This document shows positions 1 through 16,766 of a DNA stretch of 64,000 nt, one piece after another. The stretch is from Guillardia theta CCMP2712 (taxonomy: Eukaryota; Protista; Cryptophyta). Both the position numbers and the translations under genes were made by a program. The notes beneath the pieces are model-generated. The model was not told where the DNA came from, searched no databases, and saw only the letters and a program-made list of their open reading frames with translations. Where the stretch lies: contig NW_005434599.1 in assembly GCF_000315625.1 (NCBI RefSeq), forward strand, positions 68,846-132,845, read 5' to 3'. How positions within the stretch are numbered: position 1 is the first letter of the stretch; each line of letters begins with the position of its first letter.

Positions 1-933
1 AAAAGTAAAGAAGAAAAAAAAGACCTCCTCCTCCTCCTCCTCCTCCTCCTCCTCCTCCTCCTCCTCCTCCTCCTCCTCCTCCTCCTCCTCCTCCTCCTCC
101 TCCTCCTCCTCCTCCTCCTCCTCCTCCTCCTCCTCCTCCTCCTCCTGTCGATCCCATCATCGCTCTCTCGGTCGCGTGCTTGCTCCCCTGCAGCTCCTTC
201 ACCACAGGAGCAGAAGCATCGGCACATTCAGCCGCCATCAGCGGCAGCAGCGCCTTCCCCAGCTTCCCGTAGAGGTCAGGAAAGATCTGCTCCTGCGCTG
301 CCAGCACCATCTTTATCCTCGCTCTCTCCTGCGGCGCCTCGAAGCATCCCGGGCAGTTCTCGTTGATCACCGGCAGCTTCTTCGCCATGGCGAACTCGCG
401 CGTCACCTGCTCCCGCACGTAGGTGAGTGGGCGAATGATCCGCACAGCATGCTCGCGCGCCAAGTAGTTGGCCTTCATCGTCCTGAGCTGCCCGTTGTGG
501 AAGGCCGACATGAGGAAGCTCTCAGCCTGGTCGTCCAGGTGCTGACCCAGGGCGAGCACGTTGAACCCCTCCCTCTCGCACACGCTGTAGAGGACCCCTC
601 TCTTCATCCGCGAGCAGAAGCTGCAGATGCTGTTCTTCTGCAGGCTGCAGGACGCCTGCTGGATGATTCCGTGAGACTCGTAGAAGTAGGCGACGTTGAG
701 CTCCTGCAGGTAGGTCTTGAGCGTGCTCGGGTCGTACTCGGGCGTCTGCGGGTCTACTGTGCATGCGGCGACGTCGAACTTGATCGGCGCCTTCCTCTTG
801 AGCGCGAGGAGGATGTGGAGGAGGGAGAGAGAGTCCTTGCCTCCTGAAAGACCGACCAGCACGCGATCTCCGTCCTGAGAGGAGAAGGAGGTTAGCGCGA
901 GGCAAGGGAATGAGCGGAGAGCTGAGACGCAAG

Positions 934-1018
<85 letters not shown>

Positions 1019-3515
1019 CGAGTGATGGGCACCTTGATCATTCCGAAGTCTTGGATCGCTTTCCCGACTGAACTCATGAGCTTTTTCTCTGCCTTCTGCG
1101 CTCTCTTGTGCATTGAAACCTCGTCTTCTCCTTTCCCTTCCGCTACTTTGCCACTGCTCATCTGCTTTTCAACTTCCTTCCCTCCTCCTACCCTCCCCTT
1201 TCCCTCCTTCCCCTTCCCTTCCCCTTTCCTCTTGTTCTCCTCTCCCTTCGTCTCCTCCTCCTTGTGCTCTTCATCCTTCGGCATGGCTCTCCATCTTTCC
1301 CCCAGCACACGCAGCATGTCCTCTGTGGTAGAATGCGGCTGACGAGCTAGCAGCTCCTGCAGGAGGCGTCAGTGATTGTGGGGGAGGGACAGGAGAGCAC
1401 TCGGACCTCCTGCTGCTCCCGTGCGAACCGCTCGAAGCTCGCTTGCCTCCGAAGAACCTCCTCCACCGCCTCCTCGTCCATCCCACAAGGCTCGTGACCC
1501 TCGGGCACGAAGGCGGAGGAGGGATGGGAAGCAGGAGCTGCCTCCTTCCCTCGCAGCTCCGCCAGCGCCTCAGAGGGCAGCAGGAACCAGCGGAGTCGGG
1601 CAGCGTCCGGACTCCCGATCGCCTTCTCCTCCCCTGCCAGCTGACTGTCTGTGACCATCGTCGGCCCCACAGGCTTCCCGCCCCTCGCTGCCTCCTCTAT
1701 CTTCCTGACAACCTCCTCTGCCATCTCCATGTTCCTCTTGAAGTTTGCCTCTAGCCTCTCCAAGAAGGTCCCATCCTCCTCCTCCTCCTCCTCCTCCCCA
1801 CCAGCGTCCCCAGCTGACCGCGAGCTCTTGTCCTGGCTGAACGAAACGTCGCTCATCCATTTCCTGTGTCGCAGCATGAATTTCCTCTCGCTCCGATGCC
1901 TCCACTCCCCCGTGCTTGCATTGAACGTGTACAGGGGGAGCATCCTCCACCCCTCCCGCGCCACCCACAGCAGGGCCTGCAGCATGTAGTCCACCACGAA
2001 CTCAGGGAGGAAGAAGGCGAAGTTCAGCCGCACGAAGCCAGGACGCAGCAGTTCATCACCCAGCAGTAGCGCATGCTCGTACTCCTTTGCCAGGAGGAAG
2101 TCGATCCCCAGCAGGCGCTGAGCATACGGCCCAGCACAGGAGCATCCGCTGCGAGCCTGGATGCCGAAGAGGTCGTTGAGGAGAGCAGAGACGAAGTTGA
2201 AGTGCAGCAGCTTCCCGCCATGCCGCACGTTGAACGAGACCACAGGCAGCCGAGCAGCCTTCACCTTCCCCAGCACCTCCAGCTCCGGCTGCTGTTCGAG
2301 TGCCTGCAAGGCCCTTCTCCATAGCTTCTCCTCCTCCTCCATGATCCTCTCAGCCCCGACGAACTCCTTGAGCCTCATCGCGAGCCCGCAGCGAATCGAC
2401 CCGACGACGTCAGGCGTTCCTCCTTCCTCCCTTTCCTCCAAGTTCTCCAGGTAGCGGTGGTCGTGCTCGGTAACGAAGAACACAGTCCCTCCTCCGGGTA
2501 CTGAGGGCCGCGCGCCTCCCCCGAAGATGAATCCCTTCCCCAGCAGCGACTTCTTGAAGGCCAGGACCCCGGGGGAGGAGACTCCTCCTACGAACTTGTG
2601 CGGGGAGAGGAAGATGGCGTCTTTGTGAGCCAAGTGCGCGTCCTCCCCGAAGGCAGGAGGGTTCATGTTCACAGGGCAGTAGGGGCCAGCAGTGGCGAAG
2701 TCGAAGAAGGCGAGGGCTCCATGCTTGTGCAGCGTGATGGCAACCTGGACGGTGTCGACGAGGATGCCTGTGATGTTGGAGGCAGCAGAGAAGGACCCGA
2801 TCTTGACCTTCCTCTCTTTGTGAAGCGACAGAACTTGTTCAAGGTGTGCAAGGTCGACTCCGCCCTCCTCCTGCTCCCTCACGACGATGATCTCGCTTCC
2901 TGTCTCTCTCCATGGCAGGAGGTTGGAGTGATGCTCGTATGGTCCCACAACCACCAGCGGTCGCTGACCTGCCTTCATGCACTCCCTCCACATCTCGCTA
3001 GACCTCAAAAGCTCCACCATCTTCACCACAGCTCCTGTGCATCCTGTGCCCGTGAAGATGAGCGAGTCTTTGTTGTTGTCGCAGCCCACGCATCTCCTTA
3101 CGATCGACCTCGCCTCTGCCCTGAACAAGGTGCTCTGCATGCCTGTCGCAGAGGCGGTGGTGTGGGTGTTGGCGTAAAGGGGCAAGACTTCTTTGCTGAT
3201 GAACGTCTCGATGGATCGCACGGCTCTGGCTGAAGCTATGTAGTCTGCAAAAACAACATTCCTTTCTCCGAAGGGAGTTCGGATCACAGACTGCACTCCG
3301 ATCTGATCCAAGAAAAGCTTCTGCCAGAACCCGGCAACGTTGTCGCTTGCCAACTTGAACTTCGCATTTCCCTTTTCAGTGATCTGTTTGTCTTGCCCCC
3401 TGCCCTTCTCCTCTTCCTCCGTCTCTTCTGCACCATCATCATCCTCTCGCATCACTGATACCTCCAGCTCTGCATTCTCGTTGAGGAACGAGGCGAAGCG
3501 CCTCCTAGCCGCCAT
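1..3515 (-). CDS. Fusion protein: class-V PLP cysteine desulfurase (SufS/CsdA-like) + HMG-box-like linker + TtcA-like PP-loop tRNA thiolase; 3' end runs into poly-Gly and off the window
   Basis: Exons 3515(or 3557)-1407, 1356-1033 and 874-<146 are joined by phase-0 GT-AG introns 1406-1357 and 1032-875. Desulfurase motifs: FADYIAS, DAIFLSPHKFVGG (PLP Lys), RSGCSCAGPY (catalytic Cys). TtcA exon by hand translation: DGDRVLVGLSGGKDS, CSFCSRMKRG, LALGQHLDD, IIRPL, NENCPGC. Confidence 0.85.
24..146. repeat. (CCT)n microsatellite
   Basis: Perfect trinucleotide run; reads as poly-Gly in the TtcA frame. Confidence 0.95.
936..1017. repeat. (CAG)n microsatellite inside intron 875-1032
   Basis: Perfect CAG run between the inferred splice sites. 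Confidence 0.95.
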
Positions 3516-4122
3516 GGGCACGTGTGCTTTACAGAAAGTGCCGAAACTTTGAAACATCGAAACTTTGAAACTTTAGCTCAGACTTACTTCGAAACTTTGA
3601 AAAATGCCGGTCCTAGGGCCTAGATGATGGAATGATCTCGAACAGGGTTAAGACCACCCATACCCTCCGAAAAACAAATAAAAATATTTACTTAATATAT
3701 TTTTCATATAAAATAGTGAAATTGGACCGTTGACTGAAAGATTGGATCCATCATTTCCCCGCACTACCCCTCACCCTTTTGGTTCCTACAACACTACCCA
3801 CCCCAAGTCTCTCTTTGCCCCCAGTACCCACCCCTCTTGCAAAAGTTCTCAAACTGAAGAATGGTAATCACTACCCCCTATTCTGAACTATAGTTTTGCC
3901 TTCTGAGGAGGGGTACATTTACCACCCCCTGCTACGAACCAGGTGAACCACCTACAGTCTCCACCAACACAATTTCATCCCCGGGTAGGTAAAAATCACC
4001 CCCACCCACCTTTTTCCATGATTATACCCCCTCTTTCCTCTCCCACTCTGCTCCAGAACCTCAGACCACCCACACAAAAAATCACCCTACCCCCACCTAC
4101 GACCCCTCACGATAGCTCGCGC

Positions 4123-4839
4123 ATGCTGAGCTCGGCGGAGGCAGCGGCGGTGGTGGAGAAGGCGGCGAAGGAGGCGGGTGATGTTGTGCGTTCTGTCTCA
4201 GATCCCAAGAAGAAGCCTCGAGAGCTCCGTCCTGCTACCAAGAAGGCGGTGGAAGAGGTCGTTCGCACGGGGAGCCCGGCGGCAGTTCTGCAGCACATCA
4301 AGGCCCACAGGAAGGAGTTCATCAGCGCCGTTTTCTCGAGCGTTTTCATGTCAGCTATCAGGAAGCAGCTGTCAGGAGAGATCAGTGAGGAGAAAGATGC
4401 TGAGAAGTCCTCAACGAGCAAGGCGGCTGGGTCGAACGGACACGATGATGTGAAAGTGGATGCTAGCTCCAAGAGGACCCAACCGGTCAGCGAGGAGGCG
4501 GACAAGAAGAGGAAGCGGAAGGCGGGGGAAATGGATAGCGAAACAGAAAAGAAGAAGAATGAAAAGGAAGCGAAGAAGGCACCGATCAAAGCAAAGGAAG
4601 AGGAATCAGATGAAGAGGCGTCCGACGACGACGAAGATGACGACGTAGAGCTGTCTGATGACGCAGAAGATGATGATGACGAAGACGACGACGACGATGA
4701 AGAAGATAGCGATGATGGAGATGAAGAAGAGGAACCCGTTGAGAGTCCTAAGAAAGCTGGGAACAATGGTCCTCTTAAGGGAGGGAAATCACAGAAATCA
4801 GCTGACAGCGGAAAGTCGAAGCAAGACAAAAAGAAATGA
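4123..4839 (+). CDS. Lys-rich/acidic hypothetical nuclear protein
   Basis: Open frame from ATG 4123 with coding-like GC. It has a helical N-terminus, NLS-like KKRKRK and a long D/E tract. The upstream part of ORF 3943 is intergenic ACCCC-rich sequence. Confidence 0.7.
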   Translation: MLSSAEAAAVVEKAAKEAGDVVRSVSDPKKKPRELRPATKKAVEEVVRTGSPAAVLQHIKAHRKEFISAVFSSVFMSAIRKQLSGEISEEKDAEKSSTSKAAGSNGHDDVKVDASSKRTQPVSEEADKKRKRKAGEMDSETEKKKNEKEAKKAPIKAKEEESDEEASDDDEDDDVELSDDAEDDDDEDDDDDEEDSDDGDEEEEPVESPKKAGNNGPLKGGKSQKSADSGKSKQDKKK

Positions 4840-5037
4840 AGGGCATGCATGTGTTTCTCAAGCCTCTGCATGCGACATGATTTAATTTTCTCCCATCTTC
4901 TTGTAATTACCCAACACTTAAACTTGCTCCTCCTGTACTCTGTTCTCGCAACGGAGTCGCAAACTTCCTCCCCCTGTTTCTCCCTCGCCTGCCTCTTCCC
5001 GCGCTCCTACCTCTGCCTTGCCACCGTCTCAGCTTGT

Positions 5038-10226
<5,189 letters not shown>

Positions 10227-11882
10227 CCTTGCCTAAGTTCCTGTATCTCGTCCTTTCAAAAACAGCTTTCCGTACCGCAAAATCAGAGATCAGGAGTCTT
10301 GGTGATGGCAAGAGGCTCTTCGTCGATGCTGGCCCTCAGTAGGCTTGTTGGTCTTCAACTTCTCAACCCTGGAACTTGAAAGAGTTCGCTCTCTTACAGC
10401 ATCATGTCCCTGGCACTTGCAAAATTTTCTCCATGCATGAACTGCTTTCCTCCGCGCCCCTCGCTTCGCACAGCGTCCATGATCTCCAGTTTACCAACGA
10501 CCCCCTACCCTTGTTTCTCTTGGTCTTATCACCCCCCCCCCCCCAGCATCACCTCGCGAAGACCCCTAATTTACTCCCCTACCCCACCCCTTCCGGTGTA
10601 CACTCATATAAAACTACCCCACCCCTTCTCACTAACAAGCCTTCGAAGTACCCCTCTTCGAGACAAAACCCTTCTTGAGAGTACCCTACCCTGGCAATAA
10701 GAACCCCCTCTCTCCCAGGCGCTACCATCGTTGTTCCTTATGCGTCGCGGCTTTATCTGGGTAGGGTGGTGTTAGCCCCATTCCCTGCAAGTACCCCTAC
10801 CCACCTCCAAGCCTTGACCCAAAACTTCTCCTAACAAGCACCGGTGGTGAAGCATTGCAAAACCACCCCTCCAGTCGAGAGTTGGTATCTTTCTAGTACC
10901 CCAGATATGACCTCCTAACACTTCCTACATCGCTAACTTTGGAAGATAAAAACCGCCTGAGCGGCGTAGGGGTTGTACCACCCACCCCTGTGGAGATAAC
11001 ATAATGGGAGGGATGACCCACCCCTCACATCTCCGAAGAATCTTCACGTTAGTGAAATGTCGAGACAATTTGATATTTTCACTAACTTTTTGGGGTTAAA
11101 TTTGAAAATTGGAAACAGCAAACTAATGTTGCCTTCAATTGGCCCCTCGACTACCAAGGTTGCGCTCGTGCACTTTACTACACCAATCACCCTAACAGAA
11201 CCCCCTATCTCCCTAGGAATAAACCCTACACACTCAATCACCCTACCCATCTTTCACAGTCAACGGCAGGGGTTCAAGATTCATCCTACTCCACCCACCT
11301 TTGTTCAGTAAAGAGTACCCCTAGTGAAAGGCTATCGTGGGGACCAGTACCCCCTGATTTACCACAAATCACCCTACCTTTCAAGATGATCTCCTTCACC
11401 CCACCGCAGTCCATGTTTTGTATGATTCCCACCGGGAATCTCGAAATTTTGGCTCGAAATTTTCGGGAAAAACTGGAAATTTTAAATTCTTTGTGAATTG
11501 ATTTCTTCGTACACCGAATTAGTGAAAATTGAGTAAACTATTTGGGAAATTGTACTGCCGAGCCTTTTTTGGTAATCAACAAAGTTGTAGCACTGGCCCC
11601 CCTAGCTCAAAGTTCACTCAAATTTCAATTCCAGTACAGATGTGTGGGTCCGCCCCAGGGGGAAGCGTCGCATTCCACCACCCCTCCTCAATGTGTCCAC
11701 GTCTACCCCCTCAATTGAGAGTAGATACTACCCCCTTGATTCCTACAACCCACCCCTTCCTACTCCAAGAGATCTCGGGTAAAAAAGTTGATGGTACATC
11801 ACTGTTTTATGTGATCAGGTGGACCAACAGTTTTGTTCGTCTTGGTTCCAACCTCCCTTCATGTTGTTCACTCCCCCTCACT

Positions 11883-11982
11883 NNNNNNNNNNNNNNNNNN
11901 NNNNNNNNNNNNNNNNNNNNNNNNNNNNNNNNNNNNNNNNNNNNNNNNNNNNNNNNNNNNNNNNNNNNNNNNNNNNNNNNNN
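11883..11982. other. Assembly gap (N run)
   Basis: Run of N. Confidence 1.
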
Positions 11983-12521
11983 GCCTCCCCTCTCTGACCT
12001 CCCCTCTCTGACCTCCTCCCCACCCCCCCCTACCATACCCCTCTGTTACCCATCATGCCTCACCTTCTACCCCTTTCCTCCCCCTTGCCTCCCACATTTG
12101 CCATTCCCAATTCCTCGAAAATCCATCCATCCCCCTCGCTCCTACCTCTGCCTGCCTGCCAGGAGCCTATCTCGTACGCTCTGGGCCTCAATGGCATGCT
12201 TGTTCATGCCTGTCCTCCCCTCCACCATGTTTATCAATCCCCTCCCCATCCCTCCTGTTCTCCTTTCATCTCTCTCTCTCTCTCTCTCTCCAATCTCACG
12301 GCAATTCTCATTCTAAAATCCAAAGTCAAGATCACGATGATGTTCGATGACTGATTGTTTTTTCGGTCTGCAGCTCATGGAATACTGTTGTAATTGGAAT
12401 TCCGTGAAGACTGCCATGAGGCAACACATGGTGAGAAGCCTCGTTGTTCTTGTTTCAACACTATTGACACGCATATTCAAGATGAAAGCATCTTGAAGTG
12501 TTAGGCGATAAACTTGTCGAC

Positions 12522-12812
12522 ATGGGCTGCGGGTCATCCACAAGAAAAAAATCAGGAAACACGACCATTTCGCCTATCGCATTCAGCTCAAATGGCAGCA
12601 AGGATGCTGAAGCGATCTATCGAGAGCGGCTTGGACCAAAATTCATACATCACTTCTCTCAGTCATCGGGGAAACTGCGGAGAATGTCGTTCGATCGATC
12701 ATCACAATCCTTGGATTCTCAACCAACGAGCCCCTTCGAGGTATCGTCAAATGCGGGAGATGTCACGATCATGCGTGTGGATGGGTCCGAGGAATCTGAG
12801 CCTCCTTCATGA
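12522..12812 (+). CDS. Small putatively N-myristoylated/palmitoylated protein
   Basis: Starts MGCGSSTRKKSG, a classic dual-acylation N-terminus followed by basic residues. The rest is a Ser-rich, disordered-looking 96 aa ORF. Confidence 0.5.
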   Translation: MGCGSSTRKKSGNTTISPIAFSSNGSKDAEAIYRERLGPKFIHHFSQSSGKLRRMSFDRSSQSLDSQPTSPFEVSSNAGDVTIMRVDGSEESEPPS

Positions 12813-13186
12813 TTCGAAACTTGATCCAAGTTGATGGTGCCATCACTCCGGCGGTCGCGAGGTCGGAAACCGCCGGGGACTGATTGATAAGTTGCCGCCG
12901 AGCTCCCCGGATCGGATAATCGCATAACCGTGAGCCTCACTAGTACGGTGAGCAACACATGCTCGGTCCGACTGGGCCGCCTGACGGCGGCAAAGACGGT
13001 CCGTCTCGGCCCAGCCCGCTGCTACATACCGTGACCCTAGTACCTGAGCCGCACTCAGCAACTTGCGGCAGCTACGGTGCGGACTCGGATCATACCGCCG
13101 TCGTTCCGATTCATTGAATAAAGTTGCTTAGAACAGGCTCAGGGAGTGTCAAGTAGATTGCGCGGCCCCTCGAGTGACCCCCTGCC

Positions 13187-14077
13187 ATGCACGTCTCGGT
13201 GCCAGGCCTCCACCTTCTGAGCCTCCTCGGCCTCCTCAGCCTCCTCTCCGCTGATGCCTCTACCAACTTCGAGCACGACCAGCATCCTTCGAGCTGTGCG
13301 CCAGCCACATCCTGCCCTGACTACACAGCAGCCAAGAAGGAATGCCAATCTGTGCATGACAGCATCACGACCAAAGGATCAGACCTTGCAAGTGTATGCC
13401 AGGCGGCAGCGAGCTGCAGCTCGAGGTTTCAGAGCCTGTACAATCAGTATAAGAGCACTGCTGGTTGCTCCGACCCGACTTCCTCTGAGGGTGTGTCAAA
13501 CATGTTGTTCGATCTCGGGTTTGGATGTTTAGAGTCTTGTACTTCAACATGCTACGCTCGGAGTGCGGTGCTGTGGTAGGTTCTGCTCGATGAGAAAGAT
13601 TCAGACTGTTCAAGATTTAAACGGATCTAACAGCTGCAATCGTACACCTCAATGACAAGTGATAACGTTACCGCCTACTACGAGTTCCTGTGCTCCAAGG
13701 GTAAGGCATCGGGCAGTGGCAAGTGAGGCGATCTGACGGCCAAGCAGATGGCAGAAAGTATTGCTTCCACAAGACTTACGCCTCGAGCTCCGTCAAAGCC
13801 TGCGACGCCACAAAGTCGACCTGCGAGGGGTCATGCAAGGTGAGCAGGAGCATCAGGCTTCCCCAGCCTGACTTACCTCGTTCCTGTGCTGTCATCAGAG
13901 TGGCATGAAGGCTTTGAAAGAAGTGGGCTGCTGCGCAGGGACCTACGCTTTTGCCAGCTATACTCCCTACGCTACAGTGGCGAGTCAATGCTCCGTGAAG
14001 CTAACAAGTCCATGTGAGCCTCAGCATCGCTACCTTCATGTGCTCCTCCTGGTGACAGCATGGGACCTTGTGTGGTA
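13187..14077 (+). CDS. Secreted cysteine-rich protein (multi-exon; 3' end uncertain)
   Basis: Signal peptide LHLLSLLGLLSLLSADA. Cys-rich exons are linked by GT-AG introns at ~13577, 13701 and 13840 (EFLCSK-DGRKYCF...CEGSCK-SGMKALKEVGCCAG). Confidence 0.7.
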
Positions 14078-14213
14078 GGTGGGAAGGGACCGGGATTCGA
14101 TGTCAAAGTCGAGGTGTCAAATCTCAAACAGTCCTGGCACTCTGCACTGGGCCGGCCCGGCGCAGTGCTGAGTGCGGCGATCGGACGGCGGCGGCGGTGG
14201 CAGCTGCGGACGG

Positions 14214-14214
<1 letters not shown>

Positions 14215-14258
<44 letters not shown>
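14215..14258. repeat. (CAG)n microsatellite
   Basis: Perfect CAG run. Confidence 0.9.
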
Positions 14259-16182
14259 CTGAGCAGCGGCTGAGCCTCCGCGGCAGCCGCTGTTCAACGG
14301 TTGACACGGTGAATCAGTGCGGCACAGACTCCGGCAATCTCAGCAGTGACCGTCGGGACCGGGGCCGGGCTCGATCCCCTTAGTTTACCGTGACATTAAC
14401 GACTAACTTAGGCTGGTACTCAGATACGGTAAGCGGCGCGGCCGCCGGGCCTCACCCACCGCGGCGACCGTACGCCGCGGCCGCGCCCCCGGGCAACTTG
14501 CGACGGCGGCCCGCTCGCCCGCGGCCCGGGGGTCCGGCCGCCGCCGGGGTTGGCCGGCCCGGACTCCGGCAACAGCGGCTGAGCCCGGCCTCTTGAGACT
14601 GGTTTTTGGTTTTTCCGGGCTTGAGTACAAGTGTACCTCAGTTCTTGAGATACCCCGGACCCGGTGGCACATCTCGCGGGCGCAAGATACCATGTCGGCC
14701 AGCCCTGAGACAACAGCATCGCCCCGGGCCCACGCCAAGTGAGTATGACAGTGAGGACCTGAGGTGGGAGATGGAATGTTCGGAGGAGGCTGGCTTCGTC
14801 TCAAATGACTTGTGCGATTGGTGTTTAGACCCGTGGGCGGCCGGTATCGACTAGGCATGTCACAGCTCGTAGCAACCCAAGCTCTCTTCAGATGAAGACT
14901 GGGCTACTGCGACTGAGGGACAGCATCTACAAGCGATCGGTAGCCCGAGTCTACTCTCACTCAAGGAGAATCGTTGTCGTGTGGTGCAGAGCTCAAGGTC
15001 ACTGCAAGAGGCTGCAAGGAACAAGCCCCACGAGGAGAGGAGCGCTTCGACATCTCGGGGAGAAGGCGCGTCAAAGGGCATCAGCCTGATCTGTCAACGC
15101 TGTGCACGTGTACACGGTGTATGTGTATGTGCAGTAACGGTACATCACGGTGCCTCAACGTAGGTTTGCGAACTGAATGAACATTAGTGAAGGGCCTTGA
15201 TGTGTATCAGGCAGTCTGACCAGCGGAGTTTATCAGTGTTAAAGCCAGTAGGAGCACGTACTTGCCCACTTGCGTCGGAGAGGCACTAGTGACACGAGCC
15301 CGACTGTCAGGCTTGCAGTGGGCCAGAAACTAGACTGACGTAGTACTGACACATACATCGTACCACACGCAGAACCATCAAAGCTGCCCTCGTACAGAAG
15401 ATCAGATTGACCGTCCTCTTCTTGAAGGGCCGATGATAATCATGGCAAGTTATGTTCCTTGACAGTCACATGGCGACGACTGCGGCGAAGCACGTGACTT
15501 CGGATCCAGACTCTGAGGGGCCTGGTGTCACGGTCACGGTCCTCGAGACTCCAGTCGCCACTAACAAATCCAACCGGCGACTGCCGAGTGGCCGCCCTGC
15601 CGCCTGATCATGCCACTGAGCCGTCCCGGCGTCCGGTAGTAGACTGGATCCGGCGACAGCCCGGCCTCTTGAGGATCCGCCGATGGGGATGACCTGAGCA
15701 TTTGGATGACTGGTTTTTGGTTTTTCCGGGCTTGAGACAAGTGTACCTCAGTTCTTGAGATACCCCGTGGCACATCTCGCGGGCGCAAGATACCATGTCG
15801 GCTGACGGTGTACTGACTTGGCTGAAATCTCCTCGCGCGAGCCTGTTTGAGAGTTGAGATCCGGATCCGATCTCGCGTCTGACAATAATATCTCCCCTAT
15901 GCCCCAGATACCGGGTGCCCTACGTAGGTGTATCTCATATAAACCTCCCGCATTAAATAACCTCCCCCGAAAGTACAAAGCAGTCGCCCTCCCCCTGAAC
16001 CGCTTCCATCCTCTCGACTGCTGCTCGCCTCCTCCCTCTCTACTGCTTGCTTTCCGATAGCCCTCCTGTCCTGTGTCCTTTGTCCTGTCCTGTGTCCTGT
16101 GTCCTTTGTCCTGTCCTGTCCTATCCTGTGCAGCCTTTCAACGCTTGTTGTCACCTGCTTTGCTTGCTTGTCAATCGCAGGC

Positions 16183-16766
16183 ATGGACCAACCTGCCATG
16201 AGCGCTTGGGACCACCTGCCTGAGTACATGTCGCCGTCAACCAATCCTTTAAGCGCCAACCCCTTTCAGACTGTCGAGTCCGCCAGCACGATCCGCTGTC
16301 CTCTCAAACTCAGCAGGAATGCTGACACCACCCGCACCAGGAAGCTCACGGCAGACGCTGCCGTCCGCATCTTCAAAGAGCGAGTATCGCTCGAGGCCAA
16401 GAGTAAGTTCGCAGAAAGCGAGGTAGTAGGGAAATGTTATGGGGTGAGCCCAAAGACCGTGCGAGACATCTGGGACAGAAAGTCATGGGCACGACACACG
16501 GAGTCGTTGGTTGCCAAGCATGAGCAAGTGCCAGCAAGGCAAGAGGTCAGGGACGACACGCAGGTCCAAGGAGTGGCGTGCGACGGCCCGGGAGCGAGCA
16601 GCTCGAATCACAAGTCAGCCTACCCCCCATCGCATGCTCTACAGATTTCCCATTCTTTGACAGCATGGAGGATGCGATGGTTGGGGCGCCCAGCCCTGAG
16701 ACAACAGCATCGCCCATGCCAGGTATGCATGGGTGTCTAGACCCGTGGGCGGCCGGTATCGACTAG
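16183..16766 (+). pseudogene. HTH-motif family gene, copy 1 (4-nt insertion frameshift at ~16586 plus a 3' deletion)
   Basis: Encodes KLTADAAVRIF...YGVSPKTVRDIWDRKSW. It reads gacggcccgggagc versus gacgggagc in copy 2, and lacks the SEYDSEDLRWE segment. Confidence 0.7.

Noticed and set aside
176-847. 223 aa plus-strand ORF
   Set aside because: Antisense shadow of the TtcA exon.
4107-4871. 254 aa Ser-rich minus ORF
   Set aside because: Antisense shadow of the acidic gene at 4123-4839.
14892-15180. Short ORFs (MKTGLLRL..., MSCGAELK...) repeated three times
   Set aside because: They recur only because the DNA is duplicated; indels between copies shift frames freely.
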